Assembly (NCBI GenBank): GCA_965215505.1
Contig: OZ244065.1
Location: 5,696,001 to 5,760,000, forward strand
Source of the DNA: Capsulimonadaceae bacterium
Lineage (GTDB): Bacteria; Armatimonadota; Armatimonadia; Armatimonadales; Capsulimonadaceae
Length of the DNA: 64,000 nt
Direction: 5' to 3'
Shown: positions 10,798-21,825 of the stretch, piece by piece
Numbering within the stretch: position 1 is the first letter of the stretch
Layout: each line of letters begins with the position of its first letter
Translations under genes and position numbers: made by a program
Notes under the pieces: generated by a model
What the model was told of the DNA's origin: nothing
The model's input: only the letters and a program-made list of their open reading frames with translations
Databases searched by the model: none

Positions 10798-11757
10798 CTA
10801 CCACGCATAGTCTTCCGGGGCCGTCTTGTGGCCGGGGAAGATCTCGTCCAGCTTCTTGGAGGTCTCGTCGCTGATGACGATCTCCATCGCGCGCAGCGAC
10901 CCATCAAGCTGCTCCTGCGTGCGTGGCCCGATGATCGGGGCGGTCACGACCGGGTTCTTCAGCAGCCAGGCCAGGGCCATGTCGGCGGGCTTCTCGCCGA
11001 TGTCTTTGCACAGGCCCTCCCAGGCTTCCAGCTTGGGGCGGTTCGCCTCGACGTTCTTCTGCATCCCCTCCGAGGAGCGCCGCCCCTCGCTGGCCTTCTG
11101 CAAGACGCCGCCGAGCAGGCCCCCCGCCAGCGGCGACCAGGGGATCAGGCCCAGGCCGTACTTCTCGCAGGCGGGGATCACTTCCAGCTCCACCATCCTT
11201 GCGTTCAGGTTGTACAAGCTCTGCTCGGACACCAGGCCCAGGAAATTGCGCTGCCGAGCGATCTCGCACCCCTGCGCGATGTGCCAGCCGGCGAAGTTCG
11301 AGGTGCCGAAGTACAGCACTTTGCCCTGGGCCACCAGCGTCTCGAAGGCCTGATAGATCTCCTCCCAGGGCGTGTCCCGGTCCACATGGTGCATCTGGTA
11401 CAGGTCAATGTAGTCGGTCTTCATCCGCTGAAGGCTGGCGTCACAGCCCCGGCGGATGTTGAGCGCGGACAGCTTGCCGTTGTTCGGCCAGTCGTCCATG
11501 TTGCCGTAGACCTTGGTGGCGAGGACGGTCTTCTCGCGCCTCCCGCCCCCCTGCGCGAACCAGTTGCCGATGATCCGCTCGGTCGCGCCCCGCCCGCCGT
11601 AGCCGTTGGCGGTGTCGAAGAAGTTGATGCCCAGCGTCAGGGCGTGGTCCATGATCGCGTGGCTGTCCGGCTCCGAGGTCTGCGGGCCGAAGTTCATGGT
11701 GCCGAGGCACAGCGGGCTGACCCGCAGGCCGGTGCGGCCTAGTCTGACGTAATCCAT
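10798..11757 (-). CDS. Aldo/keto reductase
   Basis: LCLGTMNFG, FFDTANGYG, LATKV, IDLYQMH, PWSPLAGG. Confidence 0.93.
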   Translation of the reverse strand: MDYVRLGRTGLRVSPLCLGTMNFGPQTSEPDSHAIMDHALTLGINFFDTANGYGGRGATERIIGNWFAQGGGRREKTVLATKVYGNMDDWPNNGKLSALNIRRGCDASLQRMKTDYIDLYQMHHVDRDTPWEEIYQAFETLVAQGKVLYFGTSNFAGWHIAQGCEIARQRNFLGLVSEQSLYNLNARMVELEVIPACEKYGLGLIPWSPLAGGLLGGVLQKASEGRRSSEGMQKNVEANRPKLEAWEGLCKDIGEKPADMALAWLLKNPVVTAPIIGPRTQEQLDGSLRAMEIVISDETSKKLDEIFPGHKTAPEDYAW

Positions 11758-11805
11758 CGTGTGTTCTCTCCTTTAGCCTTTCAGTCTTTGAGCCAGGCGT
11801 CGGCG

Positions 11806-12639
11806 CTACTTCGCCTCTTCCGGGCTGTGTTCGCGCAGCCAGGCGCGCAGGGGCACGTCTTTGTCGCCCGGCGAGTAGTAGCCGTTCGCGCCCGTGCCCG
11901 CGCCGAGCATCTGCCGCCGGATCGGGTCGCTGCCTTCCCACAGGCTTTGCACGGTCATGTCGTCTTTCGTCCGCAGCCAGCGGTAGCCGTAGCCGTAGAA
12001 CAGGACCTTGCGCGTCACGTCCGACCAGTTCGGGCTGGCCGTGTGCCACAGCCTCCGGTCGAAGAAGACGGCCGAACCAGGCTCCGCCAACACCGGCACC
12101 GCGCCCGCCGGCTGCCCCATGCCGCCCGCCGGCTGCTCCAACTCGTCCCGGTCCTGGCTGCCGGGGATGACCCAGAAGTTCCCCCGGCCTGGCTCGGTCG
12201 TGTCCGACAGGAAGTAGGCCACCTTCAGCGACAGGCGGGGGCGCGGGTGGCCCTCCATCTCCTGGTTGACGCGCCCACTGTCCTGGTGCCAGCCGAAGGT
12301 CTTGTCGCCGCGCTCCTGCCCGGACGGCGGGGTCACGATCAGGTGGCCGTGGTAGAGGTAGATGTTCCACCCCAGGATGCCCCACACTTTGGGCAGGATC
12401 TTCGGGTGATCCACGAGGCCGAGGTACTGAGGGTCGTCGGGGATGAAGTTCGGATAGAACAGCGCCGCCTTCGGGTCGTGTCCCCGCGCGACGTGCCGTT
12501 CGTACACCTGGTCCGTCGCCGCCGTCAGCGACCGGACCTGTTCGGGCGTCAGCGCGTCCTCGACGACGAGTATCCCTGTCTCCTCGAACGTCCGCCGCTC
12601 CGCGTCCGTCAGGCGATGCTCCAAGCAGGAAGGGTCCAT
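11806..12639 (-). CDS. Phytanoyl-CoA dioxygenase family Fe(II)/2OG oxygenase
   Basis: GWHQD HxD motif, VIPGS, PGSAVFFDRRLWH..SPN..RK. Confidence 0.88.
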   Translation of the reverse strand: MDPSCLEHRLTDAERRTFEETGILVVEDALTPEQVRSLTAATDQVYERHVARGHDPKAALFYPNFIPDDPQYLGLVDHPKILPKVWGILGWNIYLYHGHLIVTPPSGQERGDKTFGWHQDSGRVNQEMEGHPRPRLSLKVAYFLSDTTEPGRGNFWVIPGSQDRDELEQPAGGMGQPAGAVPVLAEPGSAVFFDRRLWHTASPNWSDVTRKVLFYGYGYRWLRTKDDMTVQSLWEGSDPIRRQMLGAGTGANGYYSPGDKDVPLRAWLREHSPEEAK

Positions 12640-12662
12640 GAGGTGTTCCTTTCGTGAGGTCT

Positions 12663-12691
12663 ACTATAGCGCAGGCCGGGGCCGGTGTCAA
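12663..12691 (-). promoter_or_regulatory. Sigma70-type promoter for the dioxygenase-AKR operon
   Basis: TTGACA-17bp-TATAGT on the minus strand. Confidence 0.7.
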
Positions 12692-12744
12692 GCGTCAGGC
12701 CGGTTTGCCCAGGGCGATTGTATATCGACGTTACTCGCGTGGCG

Positions 12745-12910
12745 TAACCCGACCATGCCATGAATGGCATGGGCTATTCAGCGAAGACGCTACAAACCCC
12801 CGCTTCGCGGGGCTAAGACTCTTCCTCCGACTTCTTTCCGAGTGCCGCGAAGCGGTACTTCTTGGCGTCCTCGCCGCGTAGCCGTGCGTTTCAACGCATG
12901 GTGGGGGTTA
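12745..12910. repeat. Composite four-hairpin inverted element (BIME/REPIN-like)
   Basis: Two imperfect inverted arms, each with two hairpins (CCATGCCA-TGAA-TGGCATGG; CCCCGC-TTC-GCGGGG; AGTGCCGC-GAA-GCGGTACT; CCGTGCGT-TTCA-ACGCATGG). Confidence 0.7.
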
Positions 12911-12983
12911 AATGCGATTGCCCTGCCGGTTTGCCGGTCTACCGGCGCGGGAATACTTCCAATTGGACAAGGAGCATCACACC

Positions 12984-13853
12984 ATGGCAAACTTTACACC
13001 CGACGCTGCCGCCTCCGGCACCTTCACCATCGGCGGCGACCTGACCGTCAACCGCCTCGCCTTCGGCGCGATGCGGATCACCGGCAAAGGCATCTGGGGC
13101 GAGCCGAAGGACCCTGCCGAGGCGAAGCGCGTCCTGAAACGCGCCGTTGAGCTTGGCGTCAATTTCATCGATACGGCGGACTCGTATGGCCCGGAAGTCT
13201 CCGAAGACCTGATCGCCGAAGCCCTGGCCCCGTACCCCGCCGGGCTGGTCATCGCGACAAAGGGCGGCCTGACACGCCAGGGGCCGGACCAGTGGCTGCC
13301 GGTGGGCCGGCCCGAGTACCTACGTCAGTGCGTCGAGATGAGCCTGCGGCGGCTGAAGACGGACACGATCGACCTCTATCAGCTCCACCGCATTGACCCG
13401 AAAGTGCCCGCCGAGGAGACATTAGGGGCGCTGAAGGACTTGCAGACGCAGGGCAAGATCCGCCACATCGGCCTGTCCGAAGTCACCATGGAAGAGCTGG
13501 AACACGCCCAGACCATCGTGGACGTTGTTTCGGTGCAGAATCTCTACAACCTGACCGACCGCAAGGCTGAGAAGCTGCTGGACCACTGCACCGAGAAGAA
13601 TATCGGCTTCATCCCCTGGTTCCCCGTCGCGGCGGGCGATCTGGCCCGCCCCGGCGGCGTGCTGGACGAGGCCGCGAAGAAGCACGACGCCACCATCGCG
13701 CAGCTCGCGTTGGCCTGGCTGCTCAAGCGCTCGCCCGTGATGCTCCCCATCCCCGGCACGTCTTCGGTGGCCCACCTGGAGGAGAACGTGGCGGCGTCTT
13801 CACTGCAACTCACCGATGAGGAGTTCGACGCCCTGAGTGCCCTCAGCAAGTAG
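12984..13853 (+). CDS. Aldo/keto reductase
   Basis: [52 protein letters not shown]. Confidence 0.93.
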   Translation: MANFTPDAAASGTFTIGGDLTVNRLAFGAMRITGKGIWGEPKDPAEAKRVLKRAVELGVNFIDTADSYGPEVSEDLIAEALAPYPAGLVIATKGGLTRQGPDQWLPVGRPEYLRQCVEMSLRRLKTDTIDLYQLHRIDPKVPAEETLGALKDLQTQGKIRHIGLSEVTMEELEHAQTIVDVVSVQNLYNLTDRKAEKLLDHCTEKNIGFIPWFPVAAGDLARPGGVLDEAAKKHDATIAQLALAWLLKRSPVMLPIPGTSSVAHLEENVAASSLQLTDEEFDALSALSK

Positions 13854-13962
13854 GGAGGCGATTCATCGCGCCCGCGAGGATTTGGAGGGCGGATAAGGAG
13901 GGCGGTGTCCCCCGCCCCTACGTTCCGAAATCCGCGTAGGGGCGAACCCATGTGTCCGCCCT
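13850..13962. repeat. Cluster of three GTAG-type REP palindromes
   Basis: 13850-13873 (+, overlaps the AKR stop), 13899-13921 (-), 13936-13962 (+). Confidence 0.72.
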
Positions 13963-13989
13963 TCTTTTCCTGTCCGCCTTTGCCAACCC

Positions 13990-14751
13990 TCAGTACCCGA
14001 ACGTCTCCCGCAAATAGCGGCGGCTGATCGCGATACTCTCTCGCGGGTCCATTTTTGTCGTGTCCTGCTCCACCATCACCCACCGGACGCCGGGCAGATC
14101 CGGTAGCACTTTCATTACGGAAGCGGTATCCACCTGCCCCCGCCCTAACTCGCACCAGCCGTCCGCGTTGTAGTCCTTGAAGTGCAGGTAGCCGACCCGG
14201 TCCTTGTGTTGCATCAGGTACGTCGCTGGGTCGGACCCGCCCTTCGTGACCCAAGCGATATCTACGCACAGGTCCACCGCTTCGGGGTCCAGCCCTTCCA
14301 GCAGGAGGTCCATGCCCGTCTTTTCCCCGTCCACCGCCTCGAACTCGAAGTCATGGTGGTGGTAGTGGAGGTGGATGCCCTCGCGGCGGAACGCGCGCCC
14401 CGCCTCGTTCAGAACCTTAATCGCGGCACGGTAGTCATCAGCGCTGCGGTCGTTCCAGACCCGCAGGCCCGAATTGCAGATGTCGTGGCTGTCCACGGCC
14501 TTCAAATAGGCGATCAGGGGCGCTACGTCATCCAGGGACGGGAGCAGGACATGTGAGCCGCCGTAGCGCAGGCCGCGCGAGTCCAGGGCGCGGCGGTAGG
14601 CGGCGGCGTCGCGCGCCCCGCCCTCGACGGCGGCGTAGCCGGCCTCCGCGACGCTGTCCAGGACCAGGTCGGTCTGCGTGTTGATGTCGTACTTCAAGGC
14701 AGGATTGCCGCCGAAGACCATGAGCTGTGCGCCCAGCATTGGGAGTGGCAT
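13990..14751 (-). CDS. Sugar phosphate isomerase/epimerase (AP endonuclease 2 TIM-barrel family)
   Basis: YHHHDFEF, CVDIAW, YLHFKD, ELGRG.VD, MVEQD. Confidence 0.88.
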   Translation of the reverse strand: MPLPMLGAQLMVFGGNPALKYDINTQTDLVLDSVAEAGYAAVEGGARDAAAYRRALDSRGLRYGGSHVLLPSLDDVAPLIAYLKAVDSHDICNSGLRVWNDRSADDYRAAIKVLNEAGRAFRREGIHLHYHHHDFEFEAVDGEKTGMDLLLEGLDPEAVDLCVDIAWVTKGGSDPATYLMQHKDRVGYLHFKDYNADGWCELGRGQVDTASVMKVLPDLPGVRWVMVEQDTTKMDPRESIAISRRYLRETFGY

Positions 14752-14839
14752 ATGAATACTCCTTCAAGGATTGCTGAGGGCCTTGTTGGCGAAATGTAGG
14801 CCGGTTTCCTGCCTGTTCGGCTCGAATCTCCTGTTATAT

Positions 14840-14868
14840 TTGACGGGTAAGGGAATGTGCGTTATAAT
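14840..14868 (+). promoter_or_regulatory. Sigma70-type promoter, probably leaderless
   Basis: TTGACG-17bp-TATAAT, 6 nt before GTG at 14875. Confidence 0.75.
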
Positions 14869-14874
14869 AACCGT

Positions 14875-15543
14875 GTGGACATACTAAAGCAGACCTCCCG
14901 TTCCGGCCTCCTGCCCTTCGCCCTTTGCGTTTTCCTGGTGAGGCAAGCGGGCGCGGCGCCCGCCCCGCCCGCCCCGGTGCCGCCTTCCTACGCCGAATCC
15001 CCGGAGATCCGCCGTCTGCTGCACTGGGAGCATTTCCCGCTCCACGTCTGCTTCGTGCCGGGGGACCTGACGACCAAGGAGCGGACCGACGCCGTGGAAG
15101 CCGGGTTCGACCAGTGGGTGCATGCCACCAAAGACTTTGTCCAGTATCAAGTCGTGACCAAGCCGGCACAGGCCGAGATCGTGGTGACGTTCCTGCCCCT
15201 AGACAGCGTGCCCGACCAGAGCGGGTCGTGTGGACACACGAAAATGACTTTCCTCACGCTGACTTTGAAATCGGCGGCCGTCTCGCTGGCGACGACGGGC
15301 GTCACGCCCGCCGACCTTCAGGCGACCGCCGCCCACGAGTTCGGCCACGCCCTGGGCATCGACGGCCACAGCGACGATCCCGACGACCTCATGTACGCCG
15401 TCCTGACTCACTCGCCGGACGGTGAGCTGCCGGTCCCCGCGCACGACGTCACGGCGCGCGATCTGAACACCCTCAAAGTCTGCTACCCCGCTTTCATCGT
15501 TCCCCCTCCGCCTCCCGCCCCGGCCCACGCCCCGCCGGACTAA
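14875..15543 (+). CDS. Matrixin-family (M10-like) metalloprotease, copy 1
   Basis: HEFGHALGIDGH (HExxHxxGxxH-like) plus Met-turn DLMY; signal peptide. Confidence 0.88.
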   Translation: MDILKQTSRSGLLPFALCVFLVRQAGAAPAPPAPVPPSYAESPEIRRLLHWEHFPLHVCFVPGDLTTKERTDAVEAGFDQWVHATKDFVQYQVVTKPAQAEIVVTFLPLDSVPDQSGSCGHTKMTFLTLTLKSAAVSLATTGVTPADLQATAAHEFGHALGIDGHSDDPDDLMYAVLTHSPDGELPVPAHDVTARDLNTLKVCYPAFIVPPPPPAPAHAPPD

Positions 15544-15562
15544 CCGCACCCGACCCACCGAG

Positions 15563-15591
15563 TTGACGCGCGGGCGGCCGTGTGTCATACT
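15563..15591 (+). promoter_or_regulatory. Sigma70-type promoter, probably leaderless
   Basis: TTGACG-17bp-CATACT, 6 nt before ATG at 15598. Confidence 0.65.
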
Positions 15592-15597
15592 GGAGGC

Positions 15598-16230
15598 ATG
15601 TGGCGCGTTGTCCCGATCTGCCTCCTGTCGTTGGCGCTTTCCGTGCCCGCCTGCCCCGCCCGCGACGTGCCCGTGCGTCCCGACTACACGCACGCGCCCG
15701 GACTGCGCGCGCTGCTGCACTGGGAACGCTTCCCGCTGCGCGTCTCCTTCCCGGCGGGCCGGCTGGCGACGCGGGAGCGCAAGGCGCTCGCCCTGGCTGG
15801 ATTCGACGAGTGGGTGCAGGCCACGCGCGGTGCCGTCTCCTATGAGGTCGTTCCCACTGCCTCGCCGGGCGACCTCACCGTCATTTTCCTGCCACACCCT
15901 TCCGCCGTCTCTCCCCCCGTAGGCGGGCTGACGACGCTGACCCGCGCCGGGGCCGTCTTGAAGAAGGCCGCCATGTCCCTCACCGAACGGGACGAGGACC
16001 CGGCCGCCTTCCAGGCCACGGCGGCCCACGAGTTCGGCCACGCCCTGGGCATCGACGGCCACAGCGACGACCCCGACGACATCATGTTCCCGGTGATGAG
16101 CCTCCCCCGGCCCCTGGTCAGGAACGACGAGACCGACCCGCCGCCCCCCGTCCGCGGCGTGACGCGGCGTGACCTCAACACCCTCCGAGCCGCCTATCCC
16201 GGCCTCGCATTTGCCCCCGCGAAACATTGA
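15598..16230 (+). CDS. Matrixin-family metalloprotease, copy 2
   Basis: HEFGHALGIDGHS...DIMFP; paralog of 14875-15543. Confidence 0.88.
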   Translation: MWRVVPICLLSLALSVPACPARDVPVRPDYTHAPGLRALLHWERFPLRVSFPAGRLATRERKALALAGFDEWVQATRGAVSYEVVPTASPGDLTVIFLPHPSAVSPPVGGLTTLTRAGAVLKKAAMSLTERDEDPAAFQATAAHEFGHALGIDGHSDDPDDIMFPVMSLPRPLVRNDETDPPPPVRGVTRRDLNTLRAAYPGLAFAPAKH

Positions 16231-16256
16231 CAAAGGCCCCCGCTTCTGGGTACACT
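16227..16256 (+). promoter_or_regulatory. suf operon promoter
   Basis: TTGACA-18bp-TACACT. Confidence 0.7.
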
Positions 16257-16281
16257 ATATCCGACAAGATTAGTCGGCAAT
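16257..16281. promoter_or_regulatory. IscR/Rrf2-type operator
   Basis: ATATCCGACAAGATTAGTCGGCAAT, palindromic CCGAC-N7-GTCGG, 21/25 match to the IscR type-1 consensus as recalled; overlaps the predicted TSS. Confidence 0.7.
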
Positions 16282-16325
16282 AGCCGGCGATTCGACTGTG
16301 CGTTTTAGAAGTGCGAGGAGCGACC

Positions 16326-17771
<1,446 letters not shown>

Positions 17772-17782
17772 GGGAAAACAAG

Positions 17783-18220
17783 ATGCCGTATCCTGACCAG
17801 CGCGATTTGGTTCGTGCGCTCATCCTGAACGATCATACTGAGCTTAAAGACACTCCGCTGGCTTTGGCGATTTACTTTAAGTCGCGCCAGTGGCCCAACG
17901 AGGAATGCGTCTTTGAAGTCTTGCATCGTTTCGGTCTTGATGAGGTCAGTGAGGTCAGGTCTGTTTTCCAGATACAGTTCGGGGCGACGCAGAACTTCCC
18001 TCTGCCCGACGGCGACCGCCTGCATCTTTTCCTTTCCAATCCGATCGAGATGATGTATGCCATAGAACACGGCTGGCCTGAGATCCACGATCTCGTGAGG
18101 GCGATCCAAGCGGGCAGTTATGAAGTGATCTATGGCTGCCCGGATGACCCGAGTGCGGATCAGGTACTGGCCGCGCTCAAAGGGTTCGCGAATGCACTGT
18201 CGCTGGCTGCTGTTGCATGA
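17783..18220 (+). CDS. Hypothetical protein, putative degenerate MNT-like partner of the downstream HEPN
   Basis: 145 aa, AT-richer codon usage, ATGA overlap with HEPN; C-terminus LHLFLSNPIEM...AIQAGSYEVIY resembles MNT C-termini. Confidence 0.6.
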   Translation: MPYPDQRDLVRALILNDHTELKDTPLALAIYFKSRQWPNEECVFEVLHRFGLDEVSEVRSVFQIQFGATQNFPLPDGDRLHLFLSNPIEMMYAIEHGWPEIHDLVRAIQAGSYEVIYGCPDDPSADQVLAALKGFANALSLAAVA

Positions 18221-18732
18221 AACAGTCAGACGCATGGCTGGTACAGGCGGCGGCGGACCTGTCCGCGGGAGAGAAACTGTTCCAGCAAGACGATTCCACC
18301 TCATACTGTCAGGCTATCGCCAAGTATCAGCAGACTGTGGAGAAGGCGGTCAAGGCAATGGTTGCCGCCGTCAATGACCTCGGCAGCAACCTTGCGATCA
18401 CGCCAAATCATATGCCTATCGCAGAGATCGATGGCTTGTTGTCTCTCCGCAGGGCGATTGACAATGCTTCCGTGAGACGCCTGGCAAAGATATTTGAACT
18501 GCACAGGAGCGCGGTTGAAGAGCTGTGCCGTTTCGCGCCGCGCTGGCCGGAAGATGGCAAGGGTTTCGCAAGAAACACGGAATACCCTTTTCTTCGTGAC
18601 GGAGAGTGGACCGCGCCCGTTGTGCAAGGATCATTCACACTTCAAGAAGCGAAACGCGCACAGGCGACTGCACGGGCGGTTCACAAAGCGGCAAATGACT
18701 TTGCGGTTGCGATCAGATTAGGTCCATCCTGA
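18217..18732 (+). CDS. HEPN domain protein (divergent)
   Basis: WLVQAAADL..., YQQTVEKAVKA, NH, NTEYPF. Confidence 0.75.
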   Translation: MKQSDAWLVQAAADLSAGEKLFQQDDSTSYCQAIAKYQQTVEKAVKAMVAAVNDLGSNLAITPNHMPIAEIDGLLSLRRAIDNASVRRLAKIFELHRSAVEELCRFAPRWPEDGKGFARNTEYPFLRDGEWTAPVVQGSFTLQEAKRAQATARAVHKAANDFAVAIRLGPS

Positions 18733-18757
18733 AAACCAACGACAAGAAAGAGACACC

Positions 18758-19003
18758 ATGGCAAGCAAATACATCATCCAAGTCACCGGCTGGCCCGACC
18801 ACGCGCACGAAGTCGTGACGCACACCGAGCAGGAAGCCCAGGTCAAGGCCGAGGAGCTGGTCAAGAAGTCCAACGCCGAGGGCGTTCCCCTGAAGGCGCA
18901 CGGCGGGCGGCACGACGGCAAAGACCACCATTGGCAGGGCACGAATGAGAACGGCCACCCGCGCGAGATCAAGATCGTCGTCGGCCAGGGCAAGGTTTCT
19001 TAA
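18758..19003 (+). CDS. Small His-rich hypothetical protein
   Basis: 81 aa, 8 His, host-like GC3-rich codons, purine-rich RBS region. Confidence 0.7.
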   Translation: MASKYIIQVTGWPDHAHEVVTHTEQEAQVKAEELVKKSNAEGVPLKAHGGRHDGKDHHWQGTNENGHPREIKIVVGQGKVS

Positions 19004-19027
19004 GGTTTAGAGAAGGACGAAGACACA

Positions 19028-19813
<786 letters not shown>

Positions 19814-19844
19814 TTTCCGGCTAGTTTTCGGCCGCGGGCGTTTT

Positions 19845-19905
19845 CCGGCACTAGAAGCGCCGGCCCACTGTTATGGTATCAGTTGGCCGGCGTTCCCGGT
19901 GCCGG
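19845..19905. repeat. Long intergenic hairpin between sufC and sufD
   Basis: About 26-nt imperfect arms CCGGCACT..GCGCCGGCC.ACTG / CAGT.GGCCGGCGT..GGTGCCGG. Confidence 0.55.
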
Positions 19906-19930
19906 GCTTGTATTGAACAGAGCGATGCTT

Positions 19931-21262
19931 ATGACTACAGACACTATCACAGCGACCAACAGCTACCTGCGCGATTTCACAGGCACCGACGCTGGCAGCG
20001 ATGCGCCAGGCCCCGTCTGGTTGCGCGCCTTGCGCGCTCGGGCCGCCGAGCGCTTCGCCGCCGTCGGCTTCCCGACCCGGCGCAACGAGGAGTGGCGCTT
20101 CACCAATGTCTCGCCCATCGTCGAGACGCCGTTTGCGCTGGCGGCCGAGGCCCAGAGCCAGCTCACAGCCGACGGCCTGCTCCCGTTCACCTATGAGGGC
20201 ATGGGCGGGACGCAGCTCGTGTTCGTCAACGGCCACTTCCACGCCGACCTTTCCAGCGCGGCTTTCCCGGCGGGCGTCGTCGTCAGCAGCCTCGCCTCGG
20301 CGATGGCGGCCTACCCGGAGTTGGTGGAAGCCCACTTGGGCCGTCTGGCCGGGTTCGACACGCAGGCGTTTGTCGCCCTGAACACGGCCGCCCTGGAAGA
20401 CGGCGCGTTCGTCCATATCAAGCGCGGCGTCGTCGTTGACGAGCCGATCCACCTGCTGTTCGTCTCCGTGCCTGAGGCTGGTCCGACTGTGTCCCACCCG
20501 CGCACGCTGATCGTCGCCGAGGAGAACTGTCAGGCCACCATCGTCGAGAGCTATTCGGGGGCCGCCGACCAGGTTTACTTCACCAACGCCGTGACTGAAG
20601 TGGTGGTGGCCGAGAACGCCGTCCTGGACCACTATAAAGTTCAGCGCGAGAGCCTGAAGGCTTATCACGTCGCCACGATGCAGCTCCAGATCGCCCGCAG
20701 TGCGAACTTCTCCAGCCACTCCATCGCGCTTGGCGGCCTGCTCGTCCGCAACGACGCCAACGCCTATCTCGGCGGCGAGGGCATCGAGTGTACCTTGAAC
20801 GGCGTTTATCTCGGCACCGGGCGACAGATTATTGACAACCACACCGCCATTGACCATGCCATGCCCCACTGCAACAGCCACGAGGTCTACAAAGGCATCC
20901 TGGACGACCATTCGCGCGGCGTCTTCAACGGCAAGATCTTCGTCCGGCAGGATGCCCAGAAGACCGACGCCAAGCAGACCAATCAAACCTTGCTTCTGTC
21001 GCCGACGGCCCAGATAGACACCAAGCCGCAGCTTGAGATCTTCGCAGACGACGTGAAATGTACGCACGGTGCGACCATCGGCCAGTTGTCCGACGAGGCC
21101 ATGTTCTACCTGCGCGCGCGGGGCATCCCGCAGGACCAGGCCCGTGCCCTGCTGACCTACGCCTTCGCCAGCGACATCGTCAGCCGCATCAAGGTGGACG
21201 CCATCCGCGCCCAGCTTGATCAGGTCCTCCTGGCCGACCGCGGCTTGCAGGGCTTGGCCTGA
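19931..21262 (+). CDS. sufD: Fe-S cluster assembly protein SufD
   Basis: EEWRFT, GVFNGKIFV..DAQKTDA, KPQLEIFADDVKCTHGAT, FYLRARGI. Confidence 0.95.
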   Translation: MTTDTITATNSYLRDFTGTDAGSDAPGPVWLRALRARAAERFAAVGFPTRRNEEWRFTNVSPIVETPFALAAEAQSQLTADGLLPFTYEGMGGTQLVFVNGHFHADLSSAAFPAGVVVSSLASAMAAYPELVEAHLGRLAGFDTQAFVALNTAALEDGAFVHIKRGVVVDEPIHLLFVSVPEAGPTVSHPRTLIVAEENCQATIVESYSGAADQVYFTNAVTEVVVAENAVLDHYKVQRESLKAYHVATMQLQIARSANFSSHSIALGGLLVRNDANAYLGGEGIECTLNGVYLGTGRQIIDNHTAIDHAMPHCNSHEVYKGILDDHSRGVFNGKIFVRQDAQKTDAKQTNQTLLLSPTAQIDTKPQLEIFADDVKCTHGATIGQLSDEAMFYLRARGIPQDQARALLTYAFASDIVSRIKVDAIRAQLDQVLLADRGLQGLA

Positions 21263-21825
21263 TGCGGTACGGCGCGCTGACCGAACTCCCGCCCGGCCTG
21301 CCGGTGCCGGAGGACGACGGCGCGGCGTCGCACCTTCCGGGGATGGCGCTGCCGCCGGTGACGCTCCCCGCTACTGACGGCGGCGGCGTTGACCTCGCCG
21401 GCCTGACGGGCAGGAGTGTCGTCTTCTGCTACCCGCGCACCGGCCAGCCGGGTCAGCCGCCCCTGGTGGGCGAGTGGGACCTCATACCGGGCGCGCGGGG
21501 CTGCACGCCGCAGACCTGCGCTTTCCGCGACCTTCACGCCGAGTTCGCCGCCCTCGGGGCGGGGGTGTTCGGCCTGAGCAGCCAGGACACAGCCTACCAG
21601 AAGGAAGTGGCGGAGCGGCTTCACCTGCCGTTCCCGATCCTAAGCGACGAGCGCCTGGAGTTCACGTCCGCCCTACGCCTGCCGACGTTCGAGGTGGGCG
21701 GCGAGACGCTGCTGAAGCGCCTGGCCTTCATCGCCCTTGACGGGCGAATCGAGAAGGTCTTTTACCCGGTCTTCCCGCCGGACAAGAACGCGGACGAGGT
21801 GCTGACATGGCTACGGCGACATTAG
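21262..21825 (+). CDS. Peroxiredoxin (BCP/PrxQ-like)
   Basis: YPRTG.P...PGARGCTPQTCAFRD; KVFYPVFPP. Confidence 0.88.
   Translation: MRYGALTELPPGLPVPEDDGAASHLPGMALPPVTLPATDGGGVDLAGLTGRSVVFCYPRTGQPGQPPLVGEWDLIPGARGCTPQTCAFRDLHAEFAALGAGVFGLSSQDTAYQKEVAERLHLPFPILSDERLEFTSALRLPTFEVGGETLLKRLAFIALDGRIEKVFYPVFPPDKNADEVLTWLRRH

Noticed and set aside
12714-12920. GCGATTG direct repeats as a target-site duplication of the hairpin element
   Set aside because: Not flush with both element ends; a 7-bp match may be chance
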